The notes below the pieces were generated by a model. It worked only from the letters and a program-made list of their open reading frames with translations, was not told the DNA's origin and ran no database searches. From positions 146,260,001-146,324,000 of the forward strand of contig NC_086097.1 of NCBI RefSeq assembly GCF_963921235.1: a stretch of 64,000 nucleotides of DNA. The letters run 5' to 3'. Below are positions 51,078-64,000 of the stretch, piece by piece. Position 1 is the stretch's first letter. Every line of letters begins with the position of its first letter. The translations under genes and the position numbers were made by a program. The stretch is from Mobula hypostoma. Its lineage: Eukaryota.

Positions 51078-51113
51078 CTCTTGGCCCGGTGGAGACTCCT
51101 TCACTCTGGGAGA
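51078..51113 (-). CDS. OXSR1: OXSR1 36-nt coding exon
   Basis: AACAG|SPRVKESPPGQE|GTGATT; SPRVKES matches OSR1. Confidence 0.9.
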
Positions 51114-51899
51114 CTGTTGAAGGAAAAATAGCAAACAATCATTGTAAAGTACCATTTTAATGTCTGCAACATAACTATAAAATTGCAGAAATCGAATCAG
51201 AAACATACAGCATGAAAGGAAGCCCATTGTGCCAAATCTCCACAGACCATCAAGTATCCATTAACATTATTCATACAACAATCCCATTTCAAGTGACCAC
51301 ACCCCACCATAGTCATATCAACTCCCTCCAAATTCTGTCAGTCACCTGCATACCAAGACCAATTTACAAAAGCCAGTTAACCTACCAAGCTGTATGCTCT
51401 TGGGATGTGGTAGGAAACCAAAGCACATGGAGGAAATGGCACATAGTAACGAGGACATGAAATTCCAAATAGACAGCAGTGAACGTCAGATTAAACCTGG
51501 GTTTTCAGACCAGTATACGGCAGCAGCTCCAGAGTTGTGGCACTCTGCTGTCAAAAATTTAAAAAAAAAGACACTATGAAGTTTAAGATTTAGTGTCAAT
51601 CATCCCAGAAGGGGTTGCGATAATGGGGTGGGTATATTAGTCCTCAAGACATACACCCATTATCTATCATGTTTGTTTCTAATAAATGTGTTATTTTTAG
51701 AGAATCAAAAAATTGATAACTCCTGAAAAAATGGTCAATTGATGTGTAGTCAAATTTATCAAGGTACAGTGAAAAACATGTCTTGTATACTGTCCATATA
51801 GATATCATGCACAGTAGCAAAGTGGTTAGCACAAAGCTTTACTGTACCAGTGACCTGGGCTCATTTCCTGCTGCTGTCTGCAAGGAGTTTGTAGGTTAC

Positions 51900-52268
51900 T
51901 GAATCTCGAAAAGACTTAGATAAGGTGAATGTGAAGAGGATGTTTCCTATGGTGGGCATATTCGGAACTAGAGGGCATGGCCTCACAATTGAGGGGCGAC
52001 CCTTTAGAACAGAGGTAAGGAGGATTTTTTTTTTTAGCCAGAGAGTAGGGAACCTGCGGAATGCTCTGCTACAGACTGCGGTGGAGGCCAAGTCCATGGG
52101 TATATTTAAGGCGGAAGTTGATGGTTTCCTGATCGGCCAGGGCATCAAAGGATATGGCGAGATGGCAGGTGTAGGAGTTAAGTGGGATCCGGGATCAGCC
52201 ACGATGGAATGGCAGAGCAGACTCGATAGACTGAAAGGCCTAATTCTGCTATGTGTTATGGTCTTATG
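51900..52268 (+). mobile_element. CR1 3' fragment inserted into a tRNA-SINE (SINE halves ~51810-51895 and ~52270-52430)
   Basis: RGHGLTIEGRPFRTEVRR.FFSQRV; SINE text aaggagtttgta|...|tgttctct resumes after the CR1 tail. Confidence 0.75.
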
Positions 52269-53879
52269 TTCTCTACCCTCTGAGTGCTCCAGTTTTCTTC
52301 TACAATCCAAAGACGTACCGACTAATAGGCTGGTTGGTCAACGTAAATTGTCCTGTAATTAGGCAAGAGTTAAATCAGGGATTGCTGGATGGCATGGCTT
52401 GAAGGGCCGATTCCACACTTTCTCAATAATAAGAAAAATTAAAAAGCAGTGCATGAGGTAGTACAAAATAATAAAGGAGAGCAGAATAAAAAGAGTTGTA
52501 AAAAATGCAGCACAGCAAAATAATAAGACGCAAGATCAAAATAAGGTAGATTGTAAGGTCAAGAGTCCATATTATTCTACTAGGGAACAATTTAATAGTC
52601 TCATAACAGCATGATAGAACTTGTCCTTGAGCCTGGTGATAAGTGTTTTCAGGCTTTTGAGATTTTGCCTGACAGGGTGGGTGGGGAGAAGAGAGAATGT
52701 CTGGTGTAAGCAGGGTCTTTGACTATGAAAGTAGGGGAATATGATAGCAATCTTTACTAACCTAGTGCTACTCCACACTAAAATTCTAAGTAACCTCTAG
52801 CCCTTCACTACATTAGGAAGCCCGAAAAATATTTTAAGCCAACTCTTCCCTCCTAGTCCTCTTATCCTCATCACCTACAAATACATACCTGAGCAGAAGG
52901 CAACCACTTGGCATATATTCTGTCATTTAATATTATGGTTGATCCCATGGTAACCCCAACTTTGCAAGTCTATAAATTTAAGGTAACTTTTCATCCATTG
53001 CACATCAAATATGTCTTCCCTTAAAAATGTTCACTGAAGCTCAACAACTTTTATATTCAATTGCCCAGCAACACATGATAATTTAAAAAACCATTCTGTT
53101 AGCCTTAATTACTTGCAATCTCTTTACACCAGCCATCTGTGAATCATATACTAGGACATACCCATCTCAAAGTTTAGTATCTCTCATTATTTAGGTAATG
53201 TCTTTAAATTGGTACTCGACAAAGTGGACAATTTTACATTTTTTTTTTAAAACAGGATACTTCACTTGCCAGATCTTTGCACACTTACTTCAGTTACTGA
53301 TAACCCTTTATAGCATCAGCTTCAGTTACTTTCCCAACCATTTGTGTGTAATCAAAATTTGGCAATAATACTTACTCAAACTGTAAAAAGTTGATATCTG
53401 AGCACCAGTCCATATAGCACACCACTGCATACAGACATCCAACTTGCAAAAAGACTCATTTATATCTAATAGCTATAATTCATCCAATGTCTCCCCTTTA
53501 TCCTTAACATATGTTACCTGTTCAAAGAATTTCAATAATTTGGTTCCATAAATAACCTAATTTTCTTCCCCCCCCCCCCCCAAATTAGCTTCCACATTCC
53601 CTTCATTAAGAATTTCAGAACAGCTTCTGACATTTTCCACATGATAAACATTATGCTTCTTGGTCTGTTGGTTATGTTTTCTGCATCTTATAATTTTGAA
53701 GAAAGTTATATTTGTTAATTTTCAACTTAATGGAGGGTTCCCAAAATAAAATAATTTTTGGAAAATTAAAACCAATGTTTCAATTATCTCATTGATCACT
53801 TCTTTTAAGTCTCAAGGATAAAAACATCAGGAATCTGAAATTTGCAACAGGTCCACCAATTTACTCAATAACACTGTAA

Positions 53880-56560
53880 ACTTAAGGTGGCTCTGTTGGT
53901 AAAAAATGAAATCAATCCTTAGAAAGATGACATAGGATCAGAAGATGTAGAATCCTTGTGGGTAGAGTTAAGAAACTGCAATGGTTTTAAAAAATTTGAT
54001 GAGAGTTACATACAGACCTCCAAACTATAGCTAGGATGGGGGTTACAAATTACAATGGGAGATAGAAAAGGCAAGTGAAAAGGGCAATATTATGAAAGTC
54101 ATGCAAGATTTTAATATTTAAGATTGTTTAATGTCATTTCCAGTACACAAATATAAAGGAGAACAAAATACTTGTTACTCCACATCTGATGAAGCATAAA
54201 AAGCACAGTAAAATAAAGAACTCAATATTAATAAAAACAATATAAGTACATACAGAGATTGACTGCATGTCCATAAAATGAAGCTAGGTACAGTAGTGTC
54301 TATACATAAGGTGGCTGACAGGAACTGATAAAGTAGTGGTGGTTGGGGGTGTGAAGGGATAGGTTAGTGGGTGGAAATTTTGATCAGTCTTACTGCTTGG
54401 GGAAAGTAACTGGGTCTGGTAGTCCTAGCGTGCATGTAATGTAGACTCCCTCTTGATGGGAGTGGGACAAACATTAGCACTGTGGGTGGGATCCTTCATA
54501 ATGTCACTGGCCCTTTTCTGTATATACTTCCTTGATGACGGATAGATTGCAAGTAGATGCTGGATCCCAAGAGGGAATTTGTAGAATGCCAACAAGATGG
54601 CCTTTTTAAAGAGCAGCTTGTAGCTCAGCACACTAGGGGAAAGGCAATTCTGGATTGGGTGCTGTGTAATGAACGAGATTTGATTAGGGAGCTTAAGGCA
54701 AGGATACCCTAAGGAGGCAGAGATCAAAATATGACCTAATTCACCATGCAGTTTGAGAAGATAAAATCAGTATAAGAATGGACTAAAGGGGATGACAAAG
54801 ACACAAGATCTGAACTGGTCAAAGTTCACTGGAAGGGGCCACTAGCAGAAAGATAGAAGTTTGGGAAGCTTTTAAAAACCAACAGAACGCAACAAAAAAT
54901 GCACAAGGTTGAAAAGATAAAATATGAAGGTAAGCTAGCCAATACTATAAAACAGGATTCAAAAACTATTTTCAGATATAGGAGTAAAGAGAGGTGAGAG
55001 TGGATATTGGACCACTGGAAAGTGACTCTGGAGAGAAAGTAACAGGTGACAAAGAAATGGCAGATGAACGCAATAAATATTTTGAGTCAGTCTTCACTGT
55101 GGAAGACACTAATAAATTGCCAGAAATTTGAGTGTCAGGAGGCAGGAGTATAATGTCTATTACTAAAAAGATGCTTGGGAAGCTGTAAGGCCTGAAGGTA
55201 GACAAGTCACCTGGATCAGATGGACCACACGTCAGGGTTCTAAAAGAGGTAGCTGAAGAGATTGTGGAGGCATTTCTCCCGAGAATCATGACACTGTTAA
55301 AAAAGGGAGGGCCAGTTAGCCTGACCTCAGTGGTTGAGAAGATGTTGGGAGTCCATTATTAAGGTTTTGGGGTACTTGGAGGGAGATAAGTGATAAAAAT
55401 CTGCCAAAGTTAGCATGGTTTCCTCTAGGGGAAATCTTGCCTGACAAATCTGTTGTAATTCTTTGTGGAAATAACAAGCAGGATAGACAAAGGAGAGTCA
55501 GTGGATGTTGTTTATTTGGTTTTCAGTAGGTCTTCGACAAGGTGCTGCACATGAGACTGCTGAACAAGCCCATGGTTTTACAGGAAAGATACTAGCATGA
55601 ATAGAAAAGTGGCTGACCGTCCAGAAGTAAAGAGTTAGAATAAAGGGAACTTTTTTTGATTGGCTGCTGGTGACTAGTAGTGTTCTACAGAGATTGGTTT
55701 TAGGATCACCTCCTTTCACTTTATATGTTTATGATTTGGATGATGGAATTAATGGCTTTGTGGCCAAGTTTGAGGATGACATGAAAAAACAGGTGGAGGG
55801 GAAGTTAGTGCTGAGAAAGGAGGGGGTCTGCAGAAAGGCAGATTGGGAGAATATGCGAAGAAGTGGCAGATGGAATATTGCACAGAGAAGTGCATAGTCA
55901 TGTAGTTTGGTAAAAGGAATAAAGGTGTAGACTATTTTCTAAACTGGAACAAAATTCAAAACTCAGAAGGTGTAAAGGGACTAGAAAATTAAACCAAGGA
56001 TGTAAGGCTGAGGATTTATAAGACATTGATCAGACAGCACCTGGCCAATTGTGAGTAGTTGTGGGCCCCTTTCATACAAAAAGATATGCTGGCATTGGTG
56101 AGTAGCCAGAGGAGACTCATAAGAAAGATCAGGGTTAATGCACAAGGAGCATTTGATGGTTCTGGGCATGAACTTGCTGGAGTTTATAAGAATGAGTGAG
56201 GTTGTCATTGAAACCTACTGAATACTGAAAGGTATAGACAAAGTGCATGTGGAGAGGATGTTTCTAATAATGAGAGTGCCTGGCGCCTGAGGGTAATGCC
56301 TCAGAATAGAAAGGCGTCCCTTTAGGACATGGATGTGGAGGAATTTCTTTAGCCAGAGAGTGGTGAATTGATTGCATGGACAGCTGGGAAGGCCAAGTCA
56401 TTGGGTATATTTAAAACGGAGGTTGAAAGGTTCTTGATTAGTGACAGCATCAAAGGTTACGGGCAGAAGGCAGATAAATTGGATTGACAAGGAAAATAAA
56501 TCAGCCGTGATTGAATGGTGGAAGAGACTCAATGGGCCAAGTGGCTCAATTCTTATAAGA
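53880..56560 (+). mobile_element. Degenerate CR1 LINE (APE to 3' end) interrupted by a REX1-like fragment (~54110-54550, minus)
   Basis: ESLWVELRN, KSPGSDG.H.RVLKEVAEEIVEA, VAKFEDDMK, FFSQRVVN. Confidence 0.8.
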
Positions 56561-58149
56561 AACAGTACAGATGTTGTAAATGTGAAGCAACACAAAATGC
56601 TGGAGGAACTCAGCAGGTCCAGCAGCATCTATGGAGGGAAATAAACAGCTGACATTTTGGGGCAAGACCCTTCATGATTACTGGAAAAAGAGAGGGCTGA
56701 AGACTGAAACTGTACAATCTGTGCTGATCCTCTATTAGAAAGAAACACATACATCAGTACAAATATTTGACACTCATTTCTGGCATTAATTTCACTCTCA
56801 ATGCTCTCTTCACTAACCACCTCTCCATTTTCTCTGCCGTCAATTTACAGCTATGTAAAATGAACATTTTATTTTTGTAGCTCATGTACGGGCAAATTGA
56901 AATTTACTTATAATACATTCAAAAATATGAAGCTGCCCATTTTGGCATGAAAAATAAGAAATAATGATGCGTACCTGTAATCGTAATCAAATGTCAGAAT
57001 TTTCATTGACTTAAATGAAAGGTTTTGTTATGTGGCAGTGGTACAGTGCAAAGAGAATATTACTATAAATGACTAAAATAAATAGTGCAAAAAAAAAGGA
57101 ATAACAAGGTAGTGTGTATGGACTGTTCAGACATCTGATAAGGGGAAGAAGCTACTCCTGAGTCAATGGCTATGGAACTTCAGACTCCTGTAATTTTACA
57201 CTCAATGGTAGTAATGAGAAGAAGGCATATCCCAGATGTTAAGGTCCTGAGTGATAGACGTCATCTTCCTGAAATACTGCACATTAATGGTGGGGAGAAT
57301 TTGCAGAAGTCTTGTATAGACGTACAGTAATTAGTAAAGGTAGATCATATACAACAAGGGAATATTTAACGAGCAAGATTTTGCTTCACATTTGAATTAG
57401 GTGTACAATAATGGTCTTTCTAAAAGAAGGATGTTAAATCATTGAAAACTGGAATCTGGAATAATAGATTGCACTACAAGGAAAGCTGGGATAAGTTAGG
57501 CTCATATTCGATAGAGTTTAGAAGACTGAAAGTGTATGCAACTGAAACACGAGATCCTGAGGGATCAGGACAGGATGGTTGTGAAGAATCAAGAACAAAG
57601 GTCATTGTTCAGAAATAAGAGAGGAATGAGGCAAACAAAGTTTCAAATGGTTATAATACTTTGGACTTGTGGTCATTTGATTTTTGACTTCTTAATGAGC
57701 AGTGGAGGTCTTTGAATATTTTTATGAGCACAAGTAGGTTACATTTTGTTAAGTAAGGGGGTGAACCACTCTCAGTTAGTCAGGAGTACAGAATTATGGT
57801 CAAATATGCCATAACCTCGCTGAATGGCAGGAGAAAAAAGGGCTGAGTAGCCTCTTTTAGCACATGGTTAATAATGTTGTATGACAAGGAACTGAAAGCG
57901 TTTGTCACAAAAAAAATATACAGCTGTGTTTTGGTTCTCACATTACAGAAAACATAACACAGCTGATATAAACTAGTCTTAACACTAGACTTAACTAAAA
58001 GCTTGCTCAATGTTTCAGTGATATTATATAATATTTCTGTGGAAGAAATAGCAGCTCCTTTGGAATTGGATGTTGCATAGTTTGTGAGCTAGTAGCAAAG
58101 TAACCAATATACATTGAAGCTTTGTGTCACGATATTGCAAGATAATTTC

Positions 58150-59345
58150 AAAAGTGAAGTTGAGAGTACAGAACTTAATGTGCCTGTAAGAATAAAAGGT
58201 AAAGGTAACTTAGGTTTTAAAGGGATTTTGAAGTCCTGGCTAAGAAAAAATGAGATGCATAGCAAGTTTAACTAGTGAGAAACAAACAAGGTACTCGAAG
58301 AGTACAGGAGATCGGGAGGGCTAAAAGGCGGCATGAGGTTGCCCTAGCAACCAATCCTAAAGGATTCTACAGGTATGTTAAGAGTAAAAGGATTGCAAGG
58401 GACAAAATTGATCCTCTGGAAGATCAGAATGGTAACCTATGCATAGAGCTTAAAGAGATGGGGAAGATCTTTAATGGATTTTTTGCATATGCATTCACTC
58501 AGGGGAATGGAGATAGTCTATAGAAGGGAGGCAAAGCAGAAGTGAGGGCATGGGCCCTACAGAGATTACAGGAGGAGGTGGTGCTTGCTATCTTGAGGCA
58601 AGATAGGGAGGATAAATCCCCAGGGCCTGACGAGGTGTTCTCTTGGACCCCGTGGGAGGAATATGCAGAAATTGCAGGGGCTCCGAGCAGAGATATTTGA
58701 ATGATCCTTAGTGACAGGTGAGGTACTGGAAGAATGGATAAAAGCTACTGTTGTTGCACTGTTTAAGAAGGGCTATAAAAATAAATCAGGAGATTATAGG
58801 TGAGTGAGCCTGGCATCAGTAGTGGGAAAGTTATTAGAAGGTATTCTAAGGGACTGATACATGAGTATTTGGATAGATATGGATTAATTAGGGATAGTCA
58901 GCATGGGTCTGTGCACTGCAGTTTGTGTCCAAGCAATCTTATGGAGTTTTTTGAGGAAGTTACCAGGAAAATCGATGAAGGCAAGGTAGTGGATGTTATC
59001 TACAAGGACTTTGCAAGGCATTTCACAAGGTGCCATATGAGAGGTTGGTCAAGCAGGTTCAGTTGCTTGACCTTCAAGATGAGGTGGTAAATTGGATTAG
59101 ACATTGGCTTTATGGAAGAAGCCAGAGAGTGGTAGCACATGGTGCCTCTCTGACTGGAGACTTGTGACTAGTTGAGTGCCGCAGGGATCAGTGCAAATGC
59201 TAGCAGGCTTTTTCCAGAGGTCATGGGTTAAGGGTGAAAGGTGAAAAGGTTAAGGGGAACATGAGGGGAAACTTCTTCACTTAGAGGGTTGTGAGAGTGT
59301 GGAATGAGCAGCCAGTGCAAGTGGTGCATGTAAGCTCAATTTCAA
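58150..59345 (+). mobile_element. CR1 LINE fragment with internal deletion near 59195
   Basis: NPKGFYRYVKSKR, SNLMEFFEEVT..IDEGKVVDV, VPQGSV, then jump to 3' end. Confidence 0.82.
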
Positions 59346-59387
59346 TGTTTACGTATTCTTTTTTGTCTCCTGAATTAAAAAACCTAC

Positions 59388-59510
59388 CCGCAACTGAGAA
59401 ACTGCAGCCTTTCCTTCTTCACTCTCTACATCCAATTCATCATCACTCCATTCCCAGCCACCATCTTCTGTTTTGTGTAATCGACCACTGGAGCCTGGAA
59501 CCCTTCTCAC
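59388..59510 (-). CDS. OXSR1: OXSR1 coding exon (123 nt): S-motif and WEW motif
   Basis: [52 protein letters not shown]; hallmark OSR1/SPAK sequence (WNK-phosphorylated S-motif, MO25-binding WEW). Confidence 0.97.
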
Positions 59511-59757
59511 CTATTCAACACAAAGCTATGTACATTCAGAGAAAAGTAATTATGCAATTGTAATCATCTCATTCTCTCTATTTTACTTGAGCTTTAACAG
59601 TAAAATAGATTCAGATGCATACCAGTGTAAATTTTAAAAAAAAGTGCAACTCCTTCCAAGACTTCCCACATCCTCTGGACTCCTCACTCCATTTTGTCCC
59701 CTGTAGGACTGCACTTAAAGTGCATTTTGTAGGAGAATAAAAATGAATAAAGTTTAC

Positions 59758-59823
59758 CTTTTTTGATCTTTCTGCCATAGTAGGTGCTCGAGCTAGCAAT
59801 TTTTCTTCAAGATATTCCTTGTT
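59758..59823 (-). CDS. OXSR1: OXSR1 coding exon (66 nt), just after the kinase domain
   Basis: TTCAG|NKEYLEEKLLARAPTMAERSKK|GTAAAC. Confidence 0.93.
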
Positions 59824-62800
59824 CTGAAAATAATTAAAGAGTTGAAATTAATACATTTACAAACTACTATTCAAATTGAAAGTGTAGAGATTATCTGCCA
59901 ATCAAATTGGGTTAACTATGTGCTTTGTTAATTCCATCTCTATAGTTACTTGATCAATGTTTCTCATTGAATATTTAATTGAGAAGCATCAAGCTCTATT
60001 TATAGCTAATAGCAAGCTTTGAAGATAATTGTCCTGAAAAATGAATATTAAGACCCAAGCTAGTTTGGTGTAATCAAAAATATACCTATGGAAGTTACTA
60101 AAGCAGGACCTTCAATCCAATGAAAGCACAAGAAAAATCAAGTCAAATTTAATATTTGCATGTCATATTTGGAGAAACAAGAGCTGTGATATTCATAGCA
60201 AATATTTAGTTTTTGACATGTAATTTGGAAATCACTTGAATTATTAAATGGAAAGATAGTATAAAAATAATTAAATTACCACCTGCACCACCAGGTTCAG
60301 GACAGTTATTACCTCAAGCATAAAGCTCTTGATGGGGATAATGTCGCTCTCTCCATCATTCAACTGTTCCCACAACTTACGGACTCACTTTCAAGGACTC
60401 CATCTCATGTTCTCAATATTTATTCCTTATTTATTTATTATTATTATTATTCTTTTTTTGTTTTTGCAGTTTGTTGACTTTTGCACAGTGGTTGTACACC
60501 CTGTTGGTGTGGTCTTTCATCGAATCTATTAAGGTTATTTACTGAGTATGCTCACAATAAAGTGAATCTCAGGACTACTTTAGGTGTTCCAGGAACAGCT
60601 TCTTCCCCTCCGCTATATAATTTCAAGTTTTTTTTCTTTATTTATCATGTATGGCATTGTACTGCTGCCACAAAGTTAACAAATTCCATAACATATGCCG
60701 CTGACATTAAACCTGATTCTGAATATGGTGACATATGTACTTTGATAACACCTTTCATTGAACCTTCAAACTTTTCTAATGCATTCGGGGAAGTGCAAAA
60801 AGTTAACAAAGATTAGAGTATATTAGTCAAAAAAAAGTATATAAAAGAGGATATAACAACTTGAAGTATAAATGTACTTTTTGCTCTTGACTTTGATGTT
60901 CTATATTCCTGTCAATAAAGGAAAGTTCTTTTCACTATATTAGCTATCTTATCTGTCCCTACTCCATGGTCCTTCCACTATTTAAATGCAATCTTCCCTA
61001 GTTAAATTGTTCTGATGACTCTAGTTTCAAATCTTTTCTCCCTTCATATGCCACTCCATCTGTTCAGATCTAGAATTCTTTCATAAATTCCTTCTCTTTC
61101 TCATTTTTGTTTTAAGTCTTTTCTTAATAATTCAAAATAATTTTCTATACTGATCAATTATATCTCTGCAGTATCCTAAAATGGACCTTCATGATAAAGG
61201 CCATACCTACAGAAGTGCAATTTTCAGTTCTAGATTTCATTAGTGGATTGTTGACCAAGAATACAAAACAAAATTCTAGGGACATGAGCAACACTAACAA
61301 ACTCAAATTGTCTATCCCTGTTTTAGCCAAAACAAAAAGGCCATTGAAAGAGGTGACCCTTATTGAACTGCTGCAGTATGACAAAGGTACCTCCAACAAT
61401 GTTAGGTGGTGACCTCAGGAGCTTCACCCAATGACCACAGGTTCCCTTCAGATGTATGTACTTTAACGGGATTTTTTAAAATGATTCTTCCTTTCCTTTG
61501 AAATGAAAATCCTCAAACTTCAATCTCGTCGTCTTCTTCTTAAGCACAATCACCCCTTCTGGGACATAGGCTAGTCTCTCAGTCTTTCAAGGTGTAGCCC
61601 ATCTAGGATCCTTCCTTTCTAAGTGATGAGATCTTTGGAGTTTCTGTAGCGCTGGATTTTGCACAGGATGGAGTTGCTATCCCCATAGCCAACCCTTGTT
61701 TCGCAGCAGGGTTTGGGACCACCTGTGGAGAAGCTGAATATCTAGTCTGCTGCCTCTTTTTTAAAAAAAATCCAAATGGGGAAACAAGGTGCTTTGTACA
61801 TAACAACTTATAGGGCAGACTGATACAATGTGTTCTTTTGTTTGGAACTCAGTAACAGAGTCCTCATGTATTGCCCATTTTTAAAGCAGGTGGCCAGAGT
61901 GTCAGTGCCCCACTTAGATTTTTATAAGCTGTCCATGGCCCTTGAGTGAAGCTGAACCAATACTTCAACTCTGGACGTGTTTCACAGTTCCTTCCAAGTA
62001 GACAGCAGCTTTGTACCCAAAACATGGATACTAGCCATTTTTCCCCAGAACGCGTGTCATGTCTTTATGAACTGGGAGGTTGGTGTTGCTCGTGATCCTT
62101 TTACCATCATGCATAAAACATTGGAATTGTGGCAAATAGTAGATAGGGCAAAGTGGGCCAGCAACAATAGCCACTTGAGAATAAGTAGTTCTTGCTACTC
62201 ATCTGCAGTTGCATTTTAATGAACTTTGTGTGGCAGCTACAGAAACACAAGGCACAATTACATTTGCAGAAGTAGTCGAGGACTAGTGCAGTATGGAGTT
62301 TCTAACTACGTTCTCTTATGACATTTCTGAAAGCTTTGTTAGTAGAGTCCTCCTCAGCACAACACCACTACTTATGTCAAGCCTCATCTGAAACTTTTCT
62401 GTAGAAACGTATCAAGCTTTACTTCATTTTGCTCAGGTGAAACACTGACCTAAGTTGCTGGATCTGGATTAAGCTGGAGGCACAAGGCCCAGAAATAACA
62501 TTCCTGTAAGTGAAAGTAACTTGTGAATGTTCTGTCTGTATTCCCTAGTGATTATGCTTCTGCTGGCAGTGCAATGTCAATGAATTAAATTAATTTCCAA
62601 GAATTTGTGCAAGACTCTTTGCAAAAACTGAAAAGGGCTGATGCACTGAGGCAGGTCATTGAGTTGTTGAAATTGGCTGAGCACAAAGTGCAGGCTATTC
62701 AGACCCTTGTATCTACTCCAGCATTAAGTCTTTTACCTCGGCACCACTTGCACTAACCCCATATTTTGCAATTCCTTTAATACACAAACATATAAATATA

Positions 62801-62906
62801 TTCAGCAACTGAGTCTCTATAGCAGTTTACGATAGAAAATCTCAAAGGTTCACCACTTTAAGTAATTTTTAAAAATGCTGTATGTTAAGACCAAAGTTGA
62901 TGCACT

Positions 62907-64000
62907 CATTATGGCTGACTGTATCAAAGGCTTTATCAGGTCAATGCATGGTGTGTATAGTCCCATGTTCTGACCACGACACCTCTCCTGTACCTGGCGC
63001 AAGAAAAAGATCATGCTAGATGTGCCTCTGTTCACTCTGAAACCGCACTGACTTTGAGGTTGCCTTTGGCAATGGTAGGGATGATTCTATCCAAGAGAAT
63101 ACTGGTGAGGTCTTTCTGGTGGTGGACAGCAGGGTCCTCTGGTGTTTGAAAAATCCGATTTCTCCCTGTTGTTCTTGATTATCACTGGAAGATTCTATTG
63201 AAGCTTGGCTGTCCCTGAAATTCCTCACCATCCTGCAGCAGTTCCATTAAGGCCAAAGTGGTCAGGTTAAACACAACGGCGATCTGTCTGACCCATTCCC
63301 CATCAGAACCAGCATGACTGTGTTTGGGCGCCAACGCTCTTTGTCATCTTTTTCAGCATGATGCTATGAGAAGCGAAAGAGATCACCTCCAGGAGTATCT
63401 ACATCCTTTCTGCACTGACAAAGATATCTTCAACCTCTGCCACCTTCTTGCCCAAACAAAAACCATGTAAGAGCCTATTCTCGAGCTATTTTATGCAGAC
63501 GACTGTGCTGTTCTCACACACACACTTGACGTGCTATAGGCTGTAGTCACTTAGCTCACCAAGGCTGTAAGGGCATTCAGGTTAACTGTCAGTCTGGACA
63601 AAAACAATAATCCTCCATCAGAAGCCCCGTCGTGGCATTTATTACCCACCTTGGACCACCACTGACGACCACCTTCTCACCACGGTTGAGCAGTTCACCT
63701 ACCTGGGAAGCATCATCTCTAACGACACTATGATAGTAAGGTAAGTTGACAATCGACTCGCTGGAGCCATCAATACTTTTGGGCGCCTCCAGAAACGTGT
63801 ATGGAAGAACCATCAGCTGTGTCTGTCCCCAAAAATCCAGGTGTACAGGGCTGCAGTCGTTACAACATTGCCGTATGGCTCCGAAGCCTGGGATTTGCAC
63901 AAGAACACCTGGTTGCTTGAGTGCTTCCATCAGTGCTGCCTCTGCTCCACCATGAGTATCAGCTGACAGGATCATGTCTCCAATAGCGGAGGTCCCGGAG
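62907..64000 (+). mobile_element. RTE (BovB-like) LINE with inverted 5' segment (62907-~63185 minus, ~63186 onward plus); 3' end beyond window
   Basis: Minus: SQCGFRVNRGT..MIFFLRQVQERC...IDL.KAFDTVSH; plus: WKILLKLGCP.KFLTILQQFH...APTLF.IFFSMML...LFYADDC...VEQFTYLGS (with frameshifts). Confidence 0.85.

Noticed and set aside
59388..59823. Assignment of the kinase to STK39/SPAK
   Set aside because: SPRVKES exon, C-terminal SDIPDD.KLIGFAQL.IS and adjacency to an SLC22A13-like gene fit OXSR1 better
59824..64000. Next upstream OXSR1 exon (RPTA.ELL.HKFF-type), including candidates near 61150-61510
   Set aside because: No matching translation found; the region looks like decayed LINE sequence, so the exon is presumably beyond the window
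1..64000. CRISPR arrays, rRNA genes, operons
   Set aside because: No regularly spaced repeats or rRNA-like sequence; the DNA is intron-containing vertebrate sequence

Overview
Eukaryotic, repeat-rich vertebrate genomic DNA. The mix of CR1, REX1/Babar, RTE, Penelope-like and tRNA-SINE repeats looks like a cartilaginous fish, probably a ray (inference). Two genes lie on the minus strand. (1) The last nine coding exons and a ~2.7 kb 3'UTR of OXSR1 (OSR1 kinase), 59823 to ~37710, with intact GT-AG sites and reading frame. (2) Downstream of it, an SLC22A13-like organic anion transporter (ATG at 21525, running off the window start) that is disabled by two in-frame nonsense codons, two +1 frameshifts and an apparently missing exon 4. 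The rest is mostly transposon debris. Most notable: two independent RTE LINE insertions with 5' inversions of twin-priming geometry (one bounded by a 12-bp TSD), Penelope-like elements carrying minimal hammerhead ribozyme motifs (one intact), a Gypsy-type solo LTR with a 4-bp TSD, and a Harbinger element with an orphan terminal repeat. I found no prokaryote-style novel system. Most ORF-track entries are transposon fragments or noise. Repeat boundaries are read by eye and approximate.
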